From Vermamoeba vermiformis (Eukaryota), in contig JBEWZL010000145.1 in assembly GCA_045837725.1 (NCBI GenBank), positions 186,001 through 250,000 of the forward strand: a stretch of 64,000 bases of DNA, written 5' to 3'. The position numbers and the translations under genes were made by a program. Below, piece by piece: positions 26,065 through 38,161 of the stretch. Below the pieces are notes generated by a model that worked only from the letters and a program-made list of their open reading frames with translations, did no database searches and was not told the DNA's origin. Position 1 is the stretch's first letter, and each line of letters starts with the position of its first letter.

Positions 26065-26944
26065 CTACAGGCGGAAGTAATACACGAGCACACCGAACAC
26101 AATCAGCGTGACGACCATGCCCGCGTACACGAGCAAGCGATCAGTGCGCAGTCGTCGTTCAATGTGTCGAATCACCGCGTGACTGAGCCCCAGTGTCGTG
26201 CCAATGTCCACCATCTTGCGCCGCACGTTCTCCATGGTCATGCCTTGTCGTCGCAGCACATCGAGCACATCAGTGCCCATCTCCATCAGTTCGTCTGCCA
26301 CGCCGTGCACGCGCCGCAGTGACTCGCCCTCAGCGCGCAGTTGTTGCACGGCTGTTTGGTTCTCACCGTGCGCTCGACGCCGTTCAGTCAGTTGTGCTCG
26401 TTCATCTGCTTGACGCGCTGCTAGCCATGACTCAAGTGCCTCGCGCAGTGTTCGTTGTTCGGCTGACAATTGCTGAATTTTACTTGAAAAATACCACGTC
26501 AGATCTAACTAGTTAACAGGACTGAGATTGAGTTGAATATTGTTATTGATATCGTCAGGTGTGTACTCAATGTAAACACGTTTAATAACAAGACCGTAGT
26601 CGTATGTTATTAAATTTATTAGCCGAGAGAACTGCTCATCATCCGAATTATTATTTAAAAATACCGCAAAAATTACTAATATTAATAACATACTATTTGG
26701 GGCCCTAATCTATGAGTACTTACATTCGCCAAATTTCTCTCGGGTTGGCAGCAATTAACTGAGTCTGCAATGTCTGCAGTGACTGTGTAAGGCGCGACAA
26801 GGCGTTGATATTGGTGGCAATGCGTCCTTGAAGAAATATTGACGTGTCTTTGCCTGTCTCGAGCTCTTCCAGTTGACTGCGCAGTGTCAGCAACAACTTC
26901 TTGGACTCTTTGTACTTGGTCTCTATTTCTGCTTCTGCATTCAT
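26065..26944 (-). CDS. GOSR2: Golgi Qb-SNARE membrin/Bos1
   Basis: Habc exon plus SNARE motif LRRQGMTMENVRRKMVDIGTTLGLSHAVIRHIERR and C-terminal TM; intron about 26723-26483. Confidence 0.9.
26552..26646 (-). ncRNA. Candidate intronic box C/D snoRNA
   Basis: Sense to host gene: TCG-G-ATGATGA (box C, 26642-26636) ... CTGA (box D, 26558-26555)-CGA terminal stem; internal hairpin TTTAATAACA/TGTTATTAAA. Confidence 0.55.
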
Positions 26945-27109
26945 GGTGCTGTTATATTATTGAGTGCTTATTGGTTCATCTTCGATTGAAAATATTTTAA
27001 TAAAAACTTTTAAGTTTGACAACGTAAGGGAAAAAATCACGTGCGGGAGTACTTGCTGATCTGACGAGCTCTGCAACACATCACAAGGTCGAAGTAGTTG
27101 CCAGTTAAA

Positions 27110-29321
27110 ATGGAGAAGGTACTAATCATACAAGTCATTTCAAGCACTATCGAATCTACCGGTGGATCGCAGATCTACGATCGGGATCAATTAATAATTT
27201 TAATTTATCGATTATCTTATTCTTCGTATTTATGATCATCAGTCAATGGCAATTTGATTTGATCGTTAATAATTAATTATTTCGGATCCAGATCGCAAAA
27301 AGAAATAATCAGAGAGAAGCACCAGCGCAGCACGTGGAGAGCGCGCATGATTTCCCGTAATAATATGATATATTTAGATTATTTAATGCTAACATCCTGT
27401 GCAGGCAAGCAACCAACTTCGATTTTGACTCGGATCGTGTGATGCTCGTTGACGATACTCGTGTATTATTTTTACATAACAAAGAGGTACGCGAATTGTG
27501 CTTTGTTAATTCGGTTAGCTAATGTCACACAGCGGATCTGCTTTCAAGGTCGACTGCAAATGCGTGTGCTGCACGGCCAAGTGACAGTGCAGGGTTACAT
27601 CGCCCAGCCCTCATCAGAATATATGGACCTCTATGCCCCGTACAACCATCAAGCGATTGTCATTGACACACTCGATCCACTGCACAATGAACTCGCGTAT
27701 GTCAAGCGACAAGTGCCCGCACAGTCCGAGGACGAAGAAGACGAGCTCAAAAGTCTAATTATGACACACGTCACCAAGAAGCACGCAGCGGTGATTGCAC
27801 TGCGCACGATGGACGAGAGCAGCGACAAGTACCAGTCCACCGCGCTGTTCCGACACCTGTTCGAGTACCCTGCACGCCGCGTCACCAACACTGAGGACGC
27901 GGACAGCGATGCAAATAGTGAACTGGACTCGGCGTATGATCCACTCGAGCTAGGTGACATGCACGTGGTAAGTCAGTCGGTGACAGGTGTCAAAACATTG
28001 TACTGAACAGAGGCGCAGGTGACGCACGACAACGGTGCCCAACAGCTCCTGACACTGCCGCACGAGTGGCTGACACTGCGCAAACAGCTCTTGACAGCCA
28101 ACACCGCGCCAGTGCTGTTCATTTGCGGCAGAAAGGGCAGTGGCAAGTCTACTCTTGCGCGCTGGCTGACCAACTCACTGCTCTACAAGTACGTGCAGTG
28201 GCAGTAGTATTCGTCGTGCTAATGCAGTATATTCACAGATATCCACGCGTGCTGTACATGGACTTGGATCCGGGTCAAACAGAATTCACTCCCCCAGGTC
28301 TGATTTCACTGAATGAGGTCACTGCACCACTCCTCGGTCCCCCCAGCACTCACATGCACGACCCTATTCTCGCTCACTTTATTGGTGACATTACACCGCA
28401 GACTGACGTCGATCACTTTGACCAATCAGCGATCGCACTGTTCACCGCCTATTCAGAGCTACATAATACTGCCAAGTGTCCGCTGATCATCAACAGTCAT
28501 GGCTGGATGCAGAGCCGCGGCTACACGAGTCAGATCCGACTGATCAATCACTTCCGACCCCAGCGCATCGTACAGCTCGCGGAAGATCAGAGCAAAGCAC
28601 CGCTGCACATCGCAGACCTCAAGGCGAGTCAGCACGGCACTGACTGGGTGCCGCTCATTCACACCTTGCCCACCGCTGAGAGTGCGGCACCACGCATCAG
28701 ACACACGGCTGCTGATTATCGTAGTCACGCCTATCGCTGTTACTTTGAAGACGCGCGCTGTCGCACATTGCGTGTGTCGTGGCGTCACTTGGCCATCGCA
28801 TTCATGGACGAACTGCCGCCCAGCCAGGCACTGTACGCCCTCAACGGCACAGTGGTCGCACTCACTGTCGACACGCGGCCGCGCAGACTGCTGAATGAGG
28901 TGAGTAGCTGTCAGTCTACAGTCCTTGACGGTGTTTGACACGTGTCATTCAGGGACTCGATCACAGTGCCGAACAGTTGCCCAAGTACTTGATGCACCAC
29001 GCTGTCGGTGTCACCTCGTGCGCAGGACTCGGCATCATCAAGGCCATTGACGTCAAGCAGAAGTGTTATTTGATCAGCACGCCACTCGACCTCTCGCACC
29101 TCGCCGCTGTCAACACCATCGTGCGCGGCAGATTGCACTTGCCCAACGAACTGTTGTTAGAGGTACGTATCGTTTGTATTGCATTGATCAGCACTGACAA
29201 TGCACAGAGCCCGTCAATCAACTCGCCGTACATCACCACGGACTCGATCTCAGGTGTGGGCACTGGTGCCACTGAACTCAAGAGCCGCGCTCTGCTGCGT
29301 CACCGATTTGACAAACAGTAA
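27110..29321 (+). CDS. NOL9: Polynucleotide 5'-hydroxyl kinase NOL9/Grc3
   Basis: P-loop CGRKGSGKST, DLDPGQTEFTPPG, IINSHGW, LYALNGTVVAL, GLGIIKAID. Confidence 0.88.
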
Positions 29322-29471
29322 TAGCTTTGCGATGTACATAGTGTATTAAATGCGAGGATTCGAGCTGTTGTGCGGTTCGGAGAAAGTTGATTCGAATAAA
29401 GGCACGTGCCTCCTCTATGAAATTCAAAAAATGCGAATTGGAGAGATTAATTTTTAAATTCGCCTGCAACA

Positions 29472-32161
29472 ATGAACAGAACTCAGACTGCGCAAGGACC
29501 TCGCCAAGTATACGGCAATGAGGGCTCTGTGCACTCGTACAGTCTCGAAGAGCGTCGATCGTTTGCTGAGTACATTAACCAGCTGCTCAAAGACGATCCC
29601 GATCTTCGCGATGTTTTGCCCCTGAACCCAAACTCAGATGATCTGTTTACTGTGTGCAGTCAAGGATTATTATTGGTGTATGTAACATAGTCATTACATT
29701 TCTACAAAGCGTAATTTCTGTGGTAAATCCGAAAAGATTTTTTTCTTATTTTTAAGTTTGGAATTCTAATTTCTAAACATTAGCGAGACTGTAAATTAAT
29801 AATATTTACGTATCAGGAAGCTCATCAATGCCACCCGTAAGGGAATTATTAATGAAAATAAAGTTGTCAAAAAGAAGAACCCCAATCCCTTCGAACGAAC
29901 TGCCAATCACAATTTAGCTATTGCTGGTGCTCGTGAGCTTGGATGCAATATTGTCAATATTTCTGCGGAGGATTTGAATCAAGGCAAGGTATGTAAAGCA
30001 CTTTAGGTCGACGGAAACTCTTTCGATACTTTAATATATAATTCTGACTTATTTAACTCGCAATTAGCCGCATTTGATGCTCGGTCTCGTGTGGCAAGTG
30101 GTCAAGGTAAATACAATTACTAAGCGAATCTTTTGTCAGCTCGCTAATCACAGGCAGGCTGGTCTCTTGTCGCAAGTGTCGCTCGAACACCATCCAGAGC
30201 TCGTGACAATCCTCAATCCCAATGAAGATTTGCAGCTCTTCATGCGTGTCGCACCTGAGGTCAATCTCTTGCGCTGGTTCAATTATCACCTCAAACGCGC
30301 GCAACACCCGCGTTCAGTGAACAATTTTTCACGTGATGTGATGGACGGCGAGAACTACCTCGTGCTCTTGAATCAAATTGCGCCCAATGTCGTGCCGCGC
30401 GATGCTCATCGTGAGCCTGACCCTCGCAAGCGTGCTGAGATGGTGTGCCAATACGCGCAGAAACTCGACTGCTTGAAGTTTGTGACCCCACAAGATATCT
30501 TAGACGTGAGTAGTCGTATTGTGCTTGTGTTTAATGAGTGGTATTGACGACCTTGTGCAGGGCAATGAGAAGCTCAACTTGGCCTTCACTGCCTATCTCT
30601 TCAACAAGCACCCTGGCCTCGAAGTTCTCGACAACGATGCCAATCAACAACGTGCCCTCGCTGAGGCCGAGAAGTTGATGAAAGAGACCTTTGAACGCGA
30701 AGAGATTGAGCGCAAGAAGCGATGGGACCTCGAAGAACAAATGCGCCGTCAACAGTGGGCTGAAGAAGAAGAGCGCCGCAAGAAAGAACTCGAGGCTTGG
30801 GAAGCTGAAAAGCGTCGCAAACTCGAAGAAGAAGAGCGTGCTCTGCGCAACAAAATGGCTGAAGAAGAAGTCAGACGCAAGCTCGAAGAAGAGCGTGAAG
30901 CTATGGAACGAGAGCGCAAGAGACAGCTGGAAGAAGAAGAGCGTCGCCGTGCTGAAGAAGAGCGACGACGAGAAGAGGCGCGCAAGGAACAAGAACGCTT
31001 GGCTGAAGAACAGCGTCGCAGAGCTTGGGAGGCTGAACAACATCGTCGCGAAATGATGTTGCGCGAAGAAGAGGCCCGACGACGCGAAGAGGAAGAAAGA
31101 CGTCGCGAAGAAGAACGTCGTCGTCGCTGGGAAGAGGACCAGCGTCGCATGGAAGAAGAGCAACGTCGTCGCATGGAAGAGGAACAGCGACGTCGTGTGG
31201 AGGAACAACAGCGCATTGCCATGGAGCAAGAAATGGCTCGCCGTCGTCAAATGGAAGAGCTGGCCAGACAACGCGCCCTCGAAGAACAGCGTCGTATGGA
31301 AGAGCAGCGTCGTATGGAAGAGCAACAGCGCATTGCCATGGAACAAGAAATGGCTCGCCGTCAAATGTTGGAGGAACAAGCGCGTCAACAGGCCTGGCAA
31401 CAATATCAAGTGAGTGGCTGAGGGTTGTGTTTGACACGTGTCATTAACTCACCTTTAATTTGCAGAACCAGCAAATGGTCGAACAACAACGTCAACAAGC
31501 CTGGATATTGGGTACGCCCTATAATATGATATTAGCGCAAGAGAGTGACTAGTGACTGACATTTACTGCAGAACAACAACGTCTGGCAGCGCAGCAACAG
31601 TTGCTCATCACCCAACAACAACAAGTGCCCCTCACCACCATGACCACGACCACCACCACTGCGGTGCATCAACGTCGATTCCCCATTCAACGACTCATCG
31701 TCACCGTCGTTGAGGCTCGTCGATTGGTCAAGAAAGATTTGATCGGCAAAGCGGATCCCTACGTAGTGTTGGTATGTAATTTGAGCTACTCGTATAAATC
31801 ATTGCAGCACTAACACTAGAGCAGTTGTGCGGTGGCCAGCGATTTAAGACAAACTACATTAAGAACACACAAGATCCGTTCTGGAACCAAGACTTTGAAT
31901 TGTAAGTCTTCGATAACAACATTCAATATTATATACGGTGCTAATTGGTGTTACAGCCGTGGTGTGCTAGAGACAGACTCGATCACTCTGCAGATCTACG
32001 ACAAAGATATCTTGAAGAAGGATGATTTCTTGGGCGAGGTGCGACTGACCAGCACCGAGTTCGTGAACGGCAATGATCGGTGGTACACACTGCAGTCACG
32101 TGATTACAAATCTGATCGCGTGCACGGTGAACTCCACTTGCGCATTCAAACGTACTATTAA
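29472..32161 (+). CDS. Fimbrin-type CH1-CH2 actin-binding domain + ER/K helix + C2 domain protein
   Basis: HSYSLEERRSFAEYIN, LGLVWQVVK, PEVNLLRWFNYHL, GNEKLNLAF..LFNKHPGL; long E/R/K tract; C2 with VVEARRL..KADPYV..YDKD..DDFLGEV. Confidence 0.8.
30690..31400 (+). repeat. Coding low-complexity repeats (EEE/RRR helix; duplicated RMEEQQRIAMEQEMARR-type units)
   Basis: GAAGAA/CGTCGC runs; CAACAGCGCATTGCCATGGARCAAGAAATGGCTCGCCGTC present at about 31207 and 31324. Confidence 0.85.
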
Positions 32162-32326
32162 TAGTGTAATTATGTCGAGTAAATAGTATTCTTCAATGCG
32201 AGTTTATTCTGTCGACATCACTGACATTGCGGTCAGATCTGCACTCGTTCACTGAATCCAATTCACTGAAGGATCTCCTCAGACATCGACAGAAGTGTTG
32301 TGTGCAGCTGTCATTTAAAACACCGT

Positions 32327-33523
32327 TCATTTGCCTAATTTGCCTAGTGAAGTGTCAGTCTTGGGATTAGCAGTCAAGCTCTAAACACATCGTGATTAGT
32401 ACGCCAATAATATGCAGCTGTGACTCCTGACCTGCATGGTGGCAATCAGCTCGTTGATGTGGGTCTGCAAGTGGCGCAAGTCATTCACGTACAACATGCG
32501 CAACACTGTCGCTGCTCGGTCCAGCACCGCGTCTAAAGTGAGATTAGCACGCTATACTTGTCTAAATATGGTAATAGACTTGCCACCAGTCTCAAATCCG
32601 AGTGGGAAATCATCCAGCGACAGTTGCACGGTGACGTCACGCAATTGTGCCAGTGACTCGCGTGACAGACGACGCGACACAATGTTGTGCACAGCCTGCG
32701 AGGGGTGTTAATAAGAGGTGACAATAGCGGTGGTATAGTTATCAGAGGTGTATATATAGAGATATTATATAATATCATTGTAAGCACGACGTACATTGAG
32801 CAGCACGGCAGGGTCATCGTGTGCAGGGACGTGTAGCACTGCCGCGAGGTCATTGATGGCTTTGAGCACTTGTGGATCTTGCACTAATACGAGGTGTTAC
32901 ATAAGCTGTGGGGGCATAGCGCTGTAGCTTACCATTGAGTCCGCTGTCCACATCCATCGAGCCCTTTGTGTCCAAGTAGTGCGAGGCGTCAGTGTTGTAT
33001 TGCGCTGCATTGTCTTGATATTCGAGATTAATAGCGTGATTTAATAGCCAATCGAGTGCTTCTTTCAAGCTCTCTGCACTCAAAGTCACCGTGGATTTGT
33101 AGCCCAGATCTGTTAAGTACTGCAACGAGAAAAATATCAGAACACTGGTACTATGATGCCAATACACTCGCAGATGCATATTAAGATCTATACGAGCACT
33201 AATTAGCCCTTGCCTGTTGATAACTCGCTAGCCAAGTGTCACTCGCAATTTCATTCAGGCCAGCTCGATCTTCAATTTTGTAAAATCGAATTACAACACC
33301 TTCTAGCCAGCCAATCACCTTGCGATATTGTGCGGTGTCTAGTATATTATTAGAAATTAATTCGAGGTGGCAAAGTACATCCACAAAAAACAGAGAAATT
33401 TTGAGAAACAATCTTGACTAAGCACCATAGCACATTATACATGCTGCACATACCATTGATGTCAAAGGAGGACCAAGTTGGGTATTGCAGGGCCTTAAGT
33501 CGGATCTGTTGTCTTGTGGTCAT
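32327..33523 (-). CDS. RTRAF: RNA transcription, translation and transport factor (C14orf166/CLE; tRNA ligase complex)
   Basis: LKALQYP, WLEGVVIRFYKIEDRAGL, LDWLLNHAINLEYQD, LRMLYVNDLRHLQTHINELIATMQ, TANPKTDTSLGK. Confidence 0.93.
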
Positions 33524-33578
33524 TTTATTGCGTTTGTTTAGAATAACACCAAGCAACACTTTACATTATTATATATAG

Positions 33579-34015
33579 ATGGGTCTCTATTCGCTATTCA
33601 AAGTGATTGTGCTCATCACCAATGCTCTAGCTATATTGCACGAGAAGCGCTTCTTGCCTAAGAGTAAGAAAAATTTTTAAATTAGATCCGAATTATTACG
33701 TCACTATTCCCACTCATTACATGCATCCATAATTATATACACATAAGGTGACCTATTAAAATTAATTATAATTTTTTTCAGTTGGTTTGGCGACAGGCGC
33801 TGACGTGGTGCCCGATCAATTCGGTCAAGTGCAGCAAGGAGGAGTGAAGGACAAAATAGCGACACTACTGCAAGCTGTGCGCATATTGTTACGCAGTACG
33901 TATATATATATAACTAGATATATCGATGCATATTTGTTGTTAATTAACTGCACTCTTAGTCCCGCTGATTGCCGCTAACTTGGTGATCATTACCTTGGAA
34001 ATGTTGATACCGTAG
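33579..34015 (+). CDS. IER3IP1: Yos1/IER3IP1 ER-Golgi transport protein
   Basis: NALAILHEKRFL..IG, LLQAVRILLR.PLIAAN across 3 exons. Confidence 0.92.
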
Positions 34016-34144
34016 TAGTTGTACTATAATATAATATAATATATATATGTGGCTGCATTGTATATTGGTTGAAGCAGCGAATAATAAACCACATCTGTCA
34101 TTACACGAGCTGACGTCACATATGAAACAAGTAGCTGCAGGAGT

Positions 34145-34934
34145 TTACTGACTGAACTTGGGCTTGCCCTTATTCACAAGTGGTATATAGCGGTGCTTGA
34201 TCATGTGCTGCACGCGCTGTTTGAGCGAGACGATCAGCAGCGCAATGAAGTAGATGAGCAGAATGGGCCAGAACACGGGCACATTCAAGAATCCGAGCAG
34301 TGTGCTGCCCAGTGCGAGCAAGCAGGCAGTAGCTGAGTCGTACCTGCATAATAAACGACATTAGGACTGACGGCGGTTGGGTGACGTTGACAGTGTACCA
34401 CATCTGATACAACGCGCACAAATATTATACGTGCACCGCGTAATTATTGGACTATTATCTTACTAATATACGATGGTATATTGGTCGAATAATAATTATT
34501 CCGAATTTTTGAATTATTTTTCGTTTTTTTTTAAAAGCAAATAATTCGTCTCAAATGAGCACCTACCAGAATTTGAATTCAGGCAGCTTTCTAACAAAAG
34601 GTTTGAACTCGTCGTCAGCTGCATTGGTCACTGGCAATGAGCCCACTGAGTCGGCTTCTGGATCTTCGAGCGGACTAATAAAGTCCATGGATCGATTCAA
34701 CAAATAAATAGACAGCGCATATGTGATCATGTAATAGCCTTCCAGTAGCCACACGCGCAGTGCATATAAGAACAACAATACACCTGCGACTGCCCAGCGC
34801 AGGGTCAGATGTGGCACCGACAGATCGAGCAAGTGTTGCAAGCGTCGTCGCGCAGGACTGGTCCACTTGCGCCACTGTCGCAATACAGGCTCGAATACAG
34901 TGTTGTTCGTCTCTTCGCCGAGGTCTCCGAGCAT
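34145..34934 (-). CDS. RER1: Rer1 ER retrieval receptor
   Basis: YYMITYALSIYLLN, DEFKPFVRKLPEFKFW, NVPVFWPILLIYF, HMIKHRYIP. Confidence 0.95.
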
Positions 34935-34995
34935 GGTCTCTCGTCGCTGAAGTAAATAATAATTATCGTTTATTTTCTGGATCCGATTAACACAC

Positions 34996-35373
34996 ATGGC
35001 GTACTTCGGCAAGTTTGGCACTGAAAGTTCAAAGAGCTTGCGCGAGGCTGGCAGCAAAGTGCTCCGCTTGTACAGAAGTGCTTTGCGCGAGGCTCCACAG
35101 CTGATTCGTTCCTATCAATTGGAACTCACCCCCAAGCAGGTCCAGCAGCGCATTAGAGAGGACTTTGTCAAGAACAAGACTATTAGTGATTCACAGATTG
35201 TCGATATGCTTGTATTTAAAGGCGAGCTTGAGTTGGAAGAAGTCAAGATGATGTGGAAAACCAAATCTCACGTATTACGCTATTTCACCCCTAAAAAAGA
35301 TACTACTGAACACCAATCAGAATTTTTGAAGAGTTTCTTAGAGCAAGAACGACTGTTGAAGAGCAGAGAATAA
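34996..35373 (+). CDS. NDUFA6: Complex I LYR subunit B14
   Basis: VLRLYR, IVDMLVFKG, WKTKSHVLRYF, EFLKSFL. Confidence 0.9.
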   Translation: MAYFGKFGTESSKSLREAGSKVLRLYRSALREAPQLIRSYQLELTPKQVQQRIREDFVKNKTISDSQIVDMLVFKGELELEEVKMMWKTKSHVLRYFTPKKDTTEHQSEFLKSFLEQERLLKSRE

Positions 35374-35617
35374 TTTTATGGTGCCATCCAGTAAATATTT
35401 AAATATTATTTTTAATTAATAAATTTCTATTCACTGTACGCATAGACAAATAATGGCATACTAGTACGTACTGACAATAATTATTACACTGATTGCAACA
35501 GATATTTTTCAGCCTAATTACACGTGCAGTCTATTTACAAGTTACGCACGACATTGCATTGCACACAGCACAGTACACGCTGTCCTAGTGCCACACTAGT
35601 ACCAGTACGATGCACCA

Positions 35618-36687
35618 CTATTGCTGCTGCAGTGAGTTGTAGAGCAAGAGCAGCAGCGGACCAATCTGCGGGTCATTCAAGTACTCTTCGAGTGCACTCG
35701 GCTCAGCGAGGATGTGTTGCAGCGCTGCCAGCACACCGGGATCATTCACGCCCTGTCAATCGTAGTGACACGTGTCAATCACTCGCCTCCACACCAGCAC
35801 GGGGACACATTACCTGCAAGAAGTTGGGGTTGCTGAACAGCGTGTTGATCACTTGCTGCGGGTCTAACTGCAGTGCACTCTCGTCACGTGCCTCGTCCTG
35901 TATCTCCTCCTCGAGATCGCTGTCCGTGTCACCCAGCAGATACGACGCCGCTAACATTTCATTGCCTGGCCACAGTGGTCAGTATATGCATACGAGTCCT
36001 AGGTGAGGTACGCACCATTCGCGTGTGTGAGGGCCGCAGTGACTTGTTCGTGCGTGAAGCCCATCTCTTGCAGCCGTGCAATGGAGGCCTCATTCAGCAC
36101 CAGGGGCACTGGCTCTGCGGGGCCTGACAGTCGTGTCAACAGACCGCGGATCTGCCCCTCTAACTGCAGTGTGCATAATAATGTGTATCAGTAGTGTAGT
36201 GGTGAGGTATTGATATTGTGAGCACTGCTATATGTCGCGTGGAAATTTGAATAATAAATAAAAATAATTATTGATAATTCTTCACCACAATATCACCTAA
36301 TTATAGCTGTATACTACAGTCTTATTAATATGGTCATTGAATTACCTCTTGTATCACAGCGGGTTGCACACTATTTGAAGACTGAGTGCTGGTAAAGTGA
36401 TTGGTAGCCTGTGCAATCGCTTCATTGCTCGGTCCTTTGAATGCAGTGCTGTCAGCTGATGTATGGACCTCTTTGGGCCGTATTGGCACGAGTATGTAAG
36501 TGTTGCGGGATGTGGGTGAGGGGATGAGACGATAATGACTCGGTGCGCAGTGCAGCTCTTGTTCTACGACTTCAGCGACACTACGCGATGCATATTCAGG
36601 TCGCAGTACAATCTGGTGTTCAGCGCCATCGAGTGTTTTGATGGTGAGTGCCGTGCTGTTCATGTTTGGCTTGAACTCATTCTGCAT
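35618..36687 (-). CDS. UBL-UBA-STI1 protein (UBAC1/KPC2-like)
   Basis: N-terminal LTIKTLDG (UBL-like), UBA IARLQEMGF, STI1-like NPNFLQ..NDPGVLAALQHILAEP..YLNDPQIGPLL; start uncertain (36687 or 36663). Confidence 0.65.
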
Positions 36688-36773
36688 CCACCACCGCACT
36701 GCAACACCTCACTGCGCGAGTATAGTGCCCCCTTGTATAATCACCTAGTCTGTACATATAACACACTTACACA

Positions 36774-37025
36774 ATGCAAACACCAATGGGCGAAGAAGAG
36801 ATGCGACAGATGCAAGTGCGCGACAGCATGCGCTTCTACAACGAGCTGGTGAGCATGTGCTTCGACACGTGCGTATACAACTTCAAAACACGCAAGATCG
36901 ATGGCAACGAAGAGGAGTGCTTGAACAGATGCACCGACAAATACTTGCGACACATGAGCCGTGTTGGACGCGTGTTTGCTGAACAAAGTCTGCTGAATGC
37001 GGAGAAGAACAACGAAAAGAAATAA
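36774..37025 (+). CDS. TIM9: Small Tim chaperone Tim9
   Basis: Twin CX3C; QVRDSMRFYNELV..RVGRVFAE. Confidence 0.88.
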   Translation: MQTPMGEEEMRQMQVRDSMRFYNELVSMCFDTCVYNFKTRKIDGNEEECLNRCTDKYLRHMSRVGRVFAEQSLLNAEKNNEKK

Positions 37026-37236
37026 ATCAGTCACATTTGTATAAATAACGGTAATAGAGGAATATTTAGTTGAATTATTTTGTAATTTATTTGATTTTTT
37101 TGTTGTAATTATTACATGACGTTATTAGCCCACAGATCGATCAATAATGACTCGATATATACATTGTAATTTTTTTTGAATGTTTATTCTTGAATTACGC
37201 ACATTATGAAACAAAAGTAAGTTCGAGATCGTGGAT

Positions 37237-38055
37237 CTACATCTGAGCAAGAGCCTCTGCTTGACGTTCTAGACGTGCAGCTTTGTTCGCAGCGCGTCTC
37301 TTCTTAGCCTCTAATATATTGTGCAATGTCGTCACACTGATCTTCAAATGCACGGTAGGCTTGTGGCGCATGCCCATCCGACCACGAGCACGGAAATCAG
37401 GCTTGCCAATAGCTTGAAAACGCCCTACCTCCACGCGATATACAATAGGCTCGCTATTGGGACTGAATTTAGCACCGAGAGGCACGCGCGTGTGAATGGA
37501 AAGCTTCTCATCGAACTTCCAGTCGGTGAGGCCCAATCGCCAGGCGTTGTTGCACGCTTGTTTGAGAGTCGCAGCCACAACACTCGCCACTGGTCGCGGA
37601 CACAGCTGCAGTCGCTTCATCGCTTCACTCGCCTTCTGCTTGCGGATCAGCTTGCACACCGTCAACAACTTCTTCATGCTCGTGGATATGCGTCGCTTAA
37701 TGGCCACTGCTTCGAGTTCAGGTGGCACTTGATTGACTGCTACACGCTTGCGCACACTGCTCGTGGCTGTAACGCTGGTGGCTGTGGCTGCATCTTGTTT
37801 GCGCGGCTCAATTTCTTCTGTCTTGCCTACTTCTTCCAACACCTCGCTGAATAAATCTGAGGATGATGTTCGTTTTTTCTCTTGCATAATTAAATTTTTA
37901 TGATATTTTCTATCTTGATTAAAAATTGTTGTTGGATGTGTCGTGATAGATGTCTTGGAGACTTGTGCAAATAAGCCAGAAGAGGCGCATAATGATTTGC
38001 CTGTCCTGTTTACAAGTGCAGCATGCGGCCCTAATATTCTTTTGAGTGCCTGCAT
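37237..38055 (-). CDS. MRPL22: Mitochondrial ribosomal protein uL22m
   Basis: Presequence from ATG 38055; SMKKL..VCKLIR, FRARGRMG..KPTVHLKI. Confidence 0.8.
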   Translation of the reverse strand: MQALKRILGPHAALVNRTGKSLCASSGLFAQVSKTSITTHPTTIFNQDRKYHKNLIMQEKKRTSSSDLFSEVLEEVGKTEEIEPRKQDAATATSVTATSSVRKRVAVNQVPPELEAVAIKRRISTSMKKLLTVCKLIRKQKASEAMKRLQLCPRPVASVVAATLKQACNNAWRLGLTDWKFDEKLSIHTRVPLGAKFSPNSEPIVYRVEVGRFQAIGKPDFRARGRMGMRHKPTVHLKISVTTLHNILEAKKRRAANKAARLERQAEALAQM

Positions 38056-38161
38056 GGTGTTTACTTGAAATAAATATTGAACTAATAATTTTTGATTTTT
38101 TGTTGCCAGTCTGACACGAGAGGGCCACAAGAGCGTTGTTAATAAGAAATTGCTGTATATA

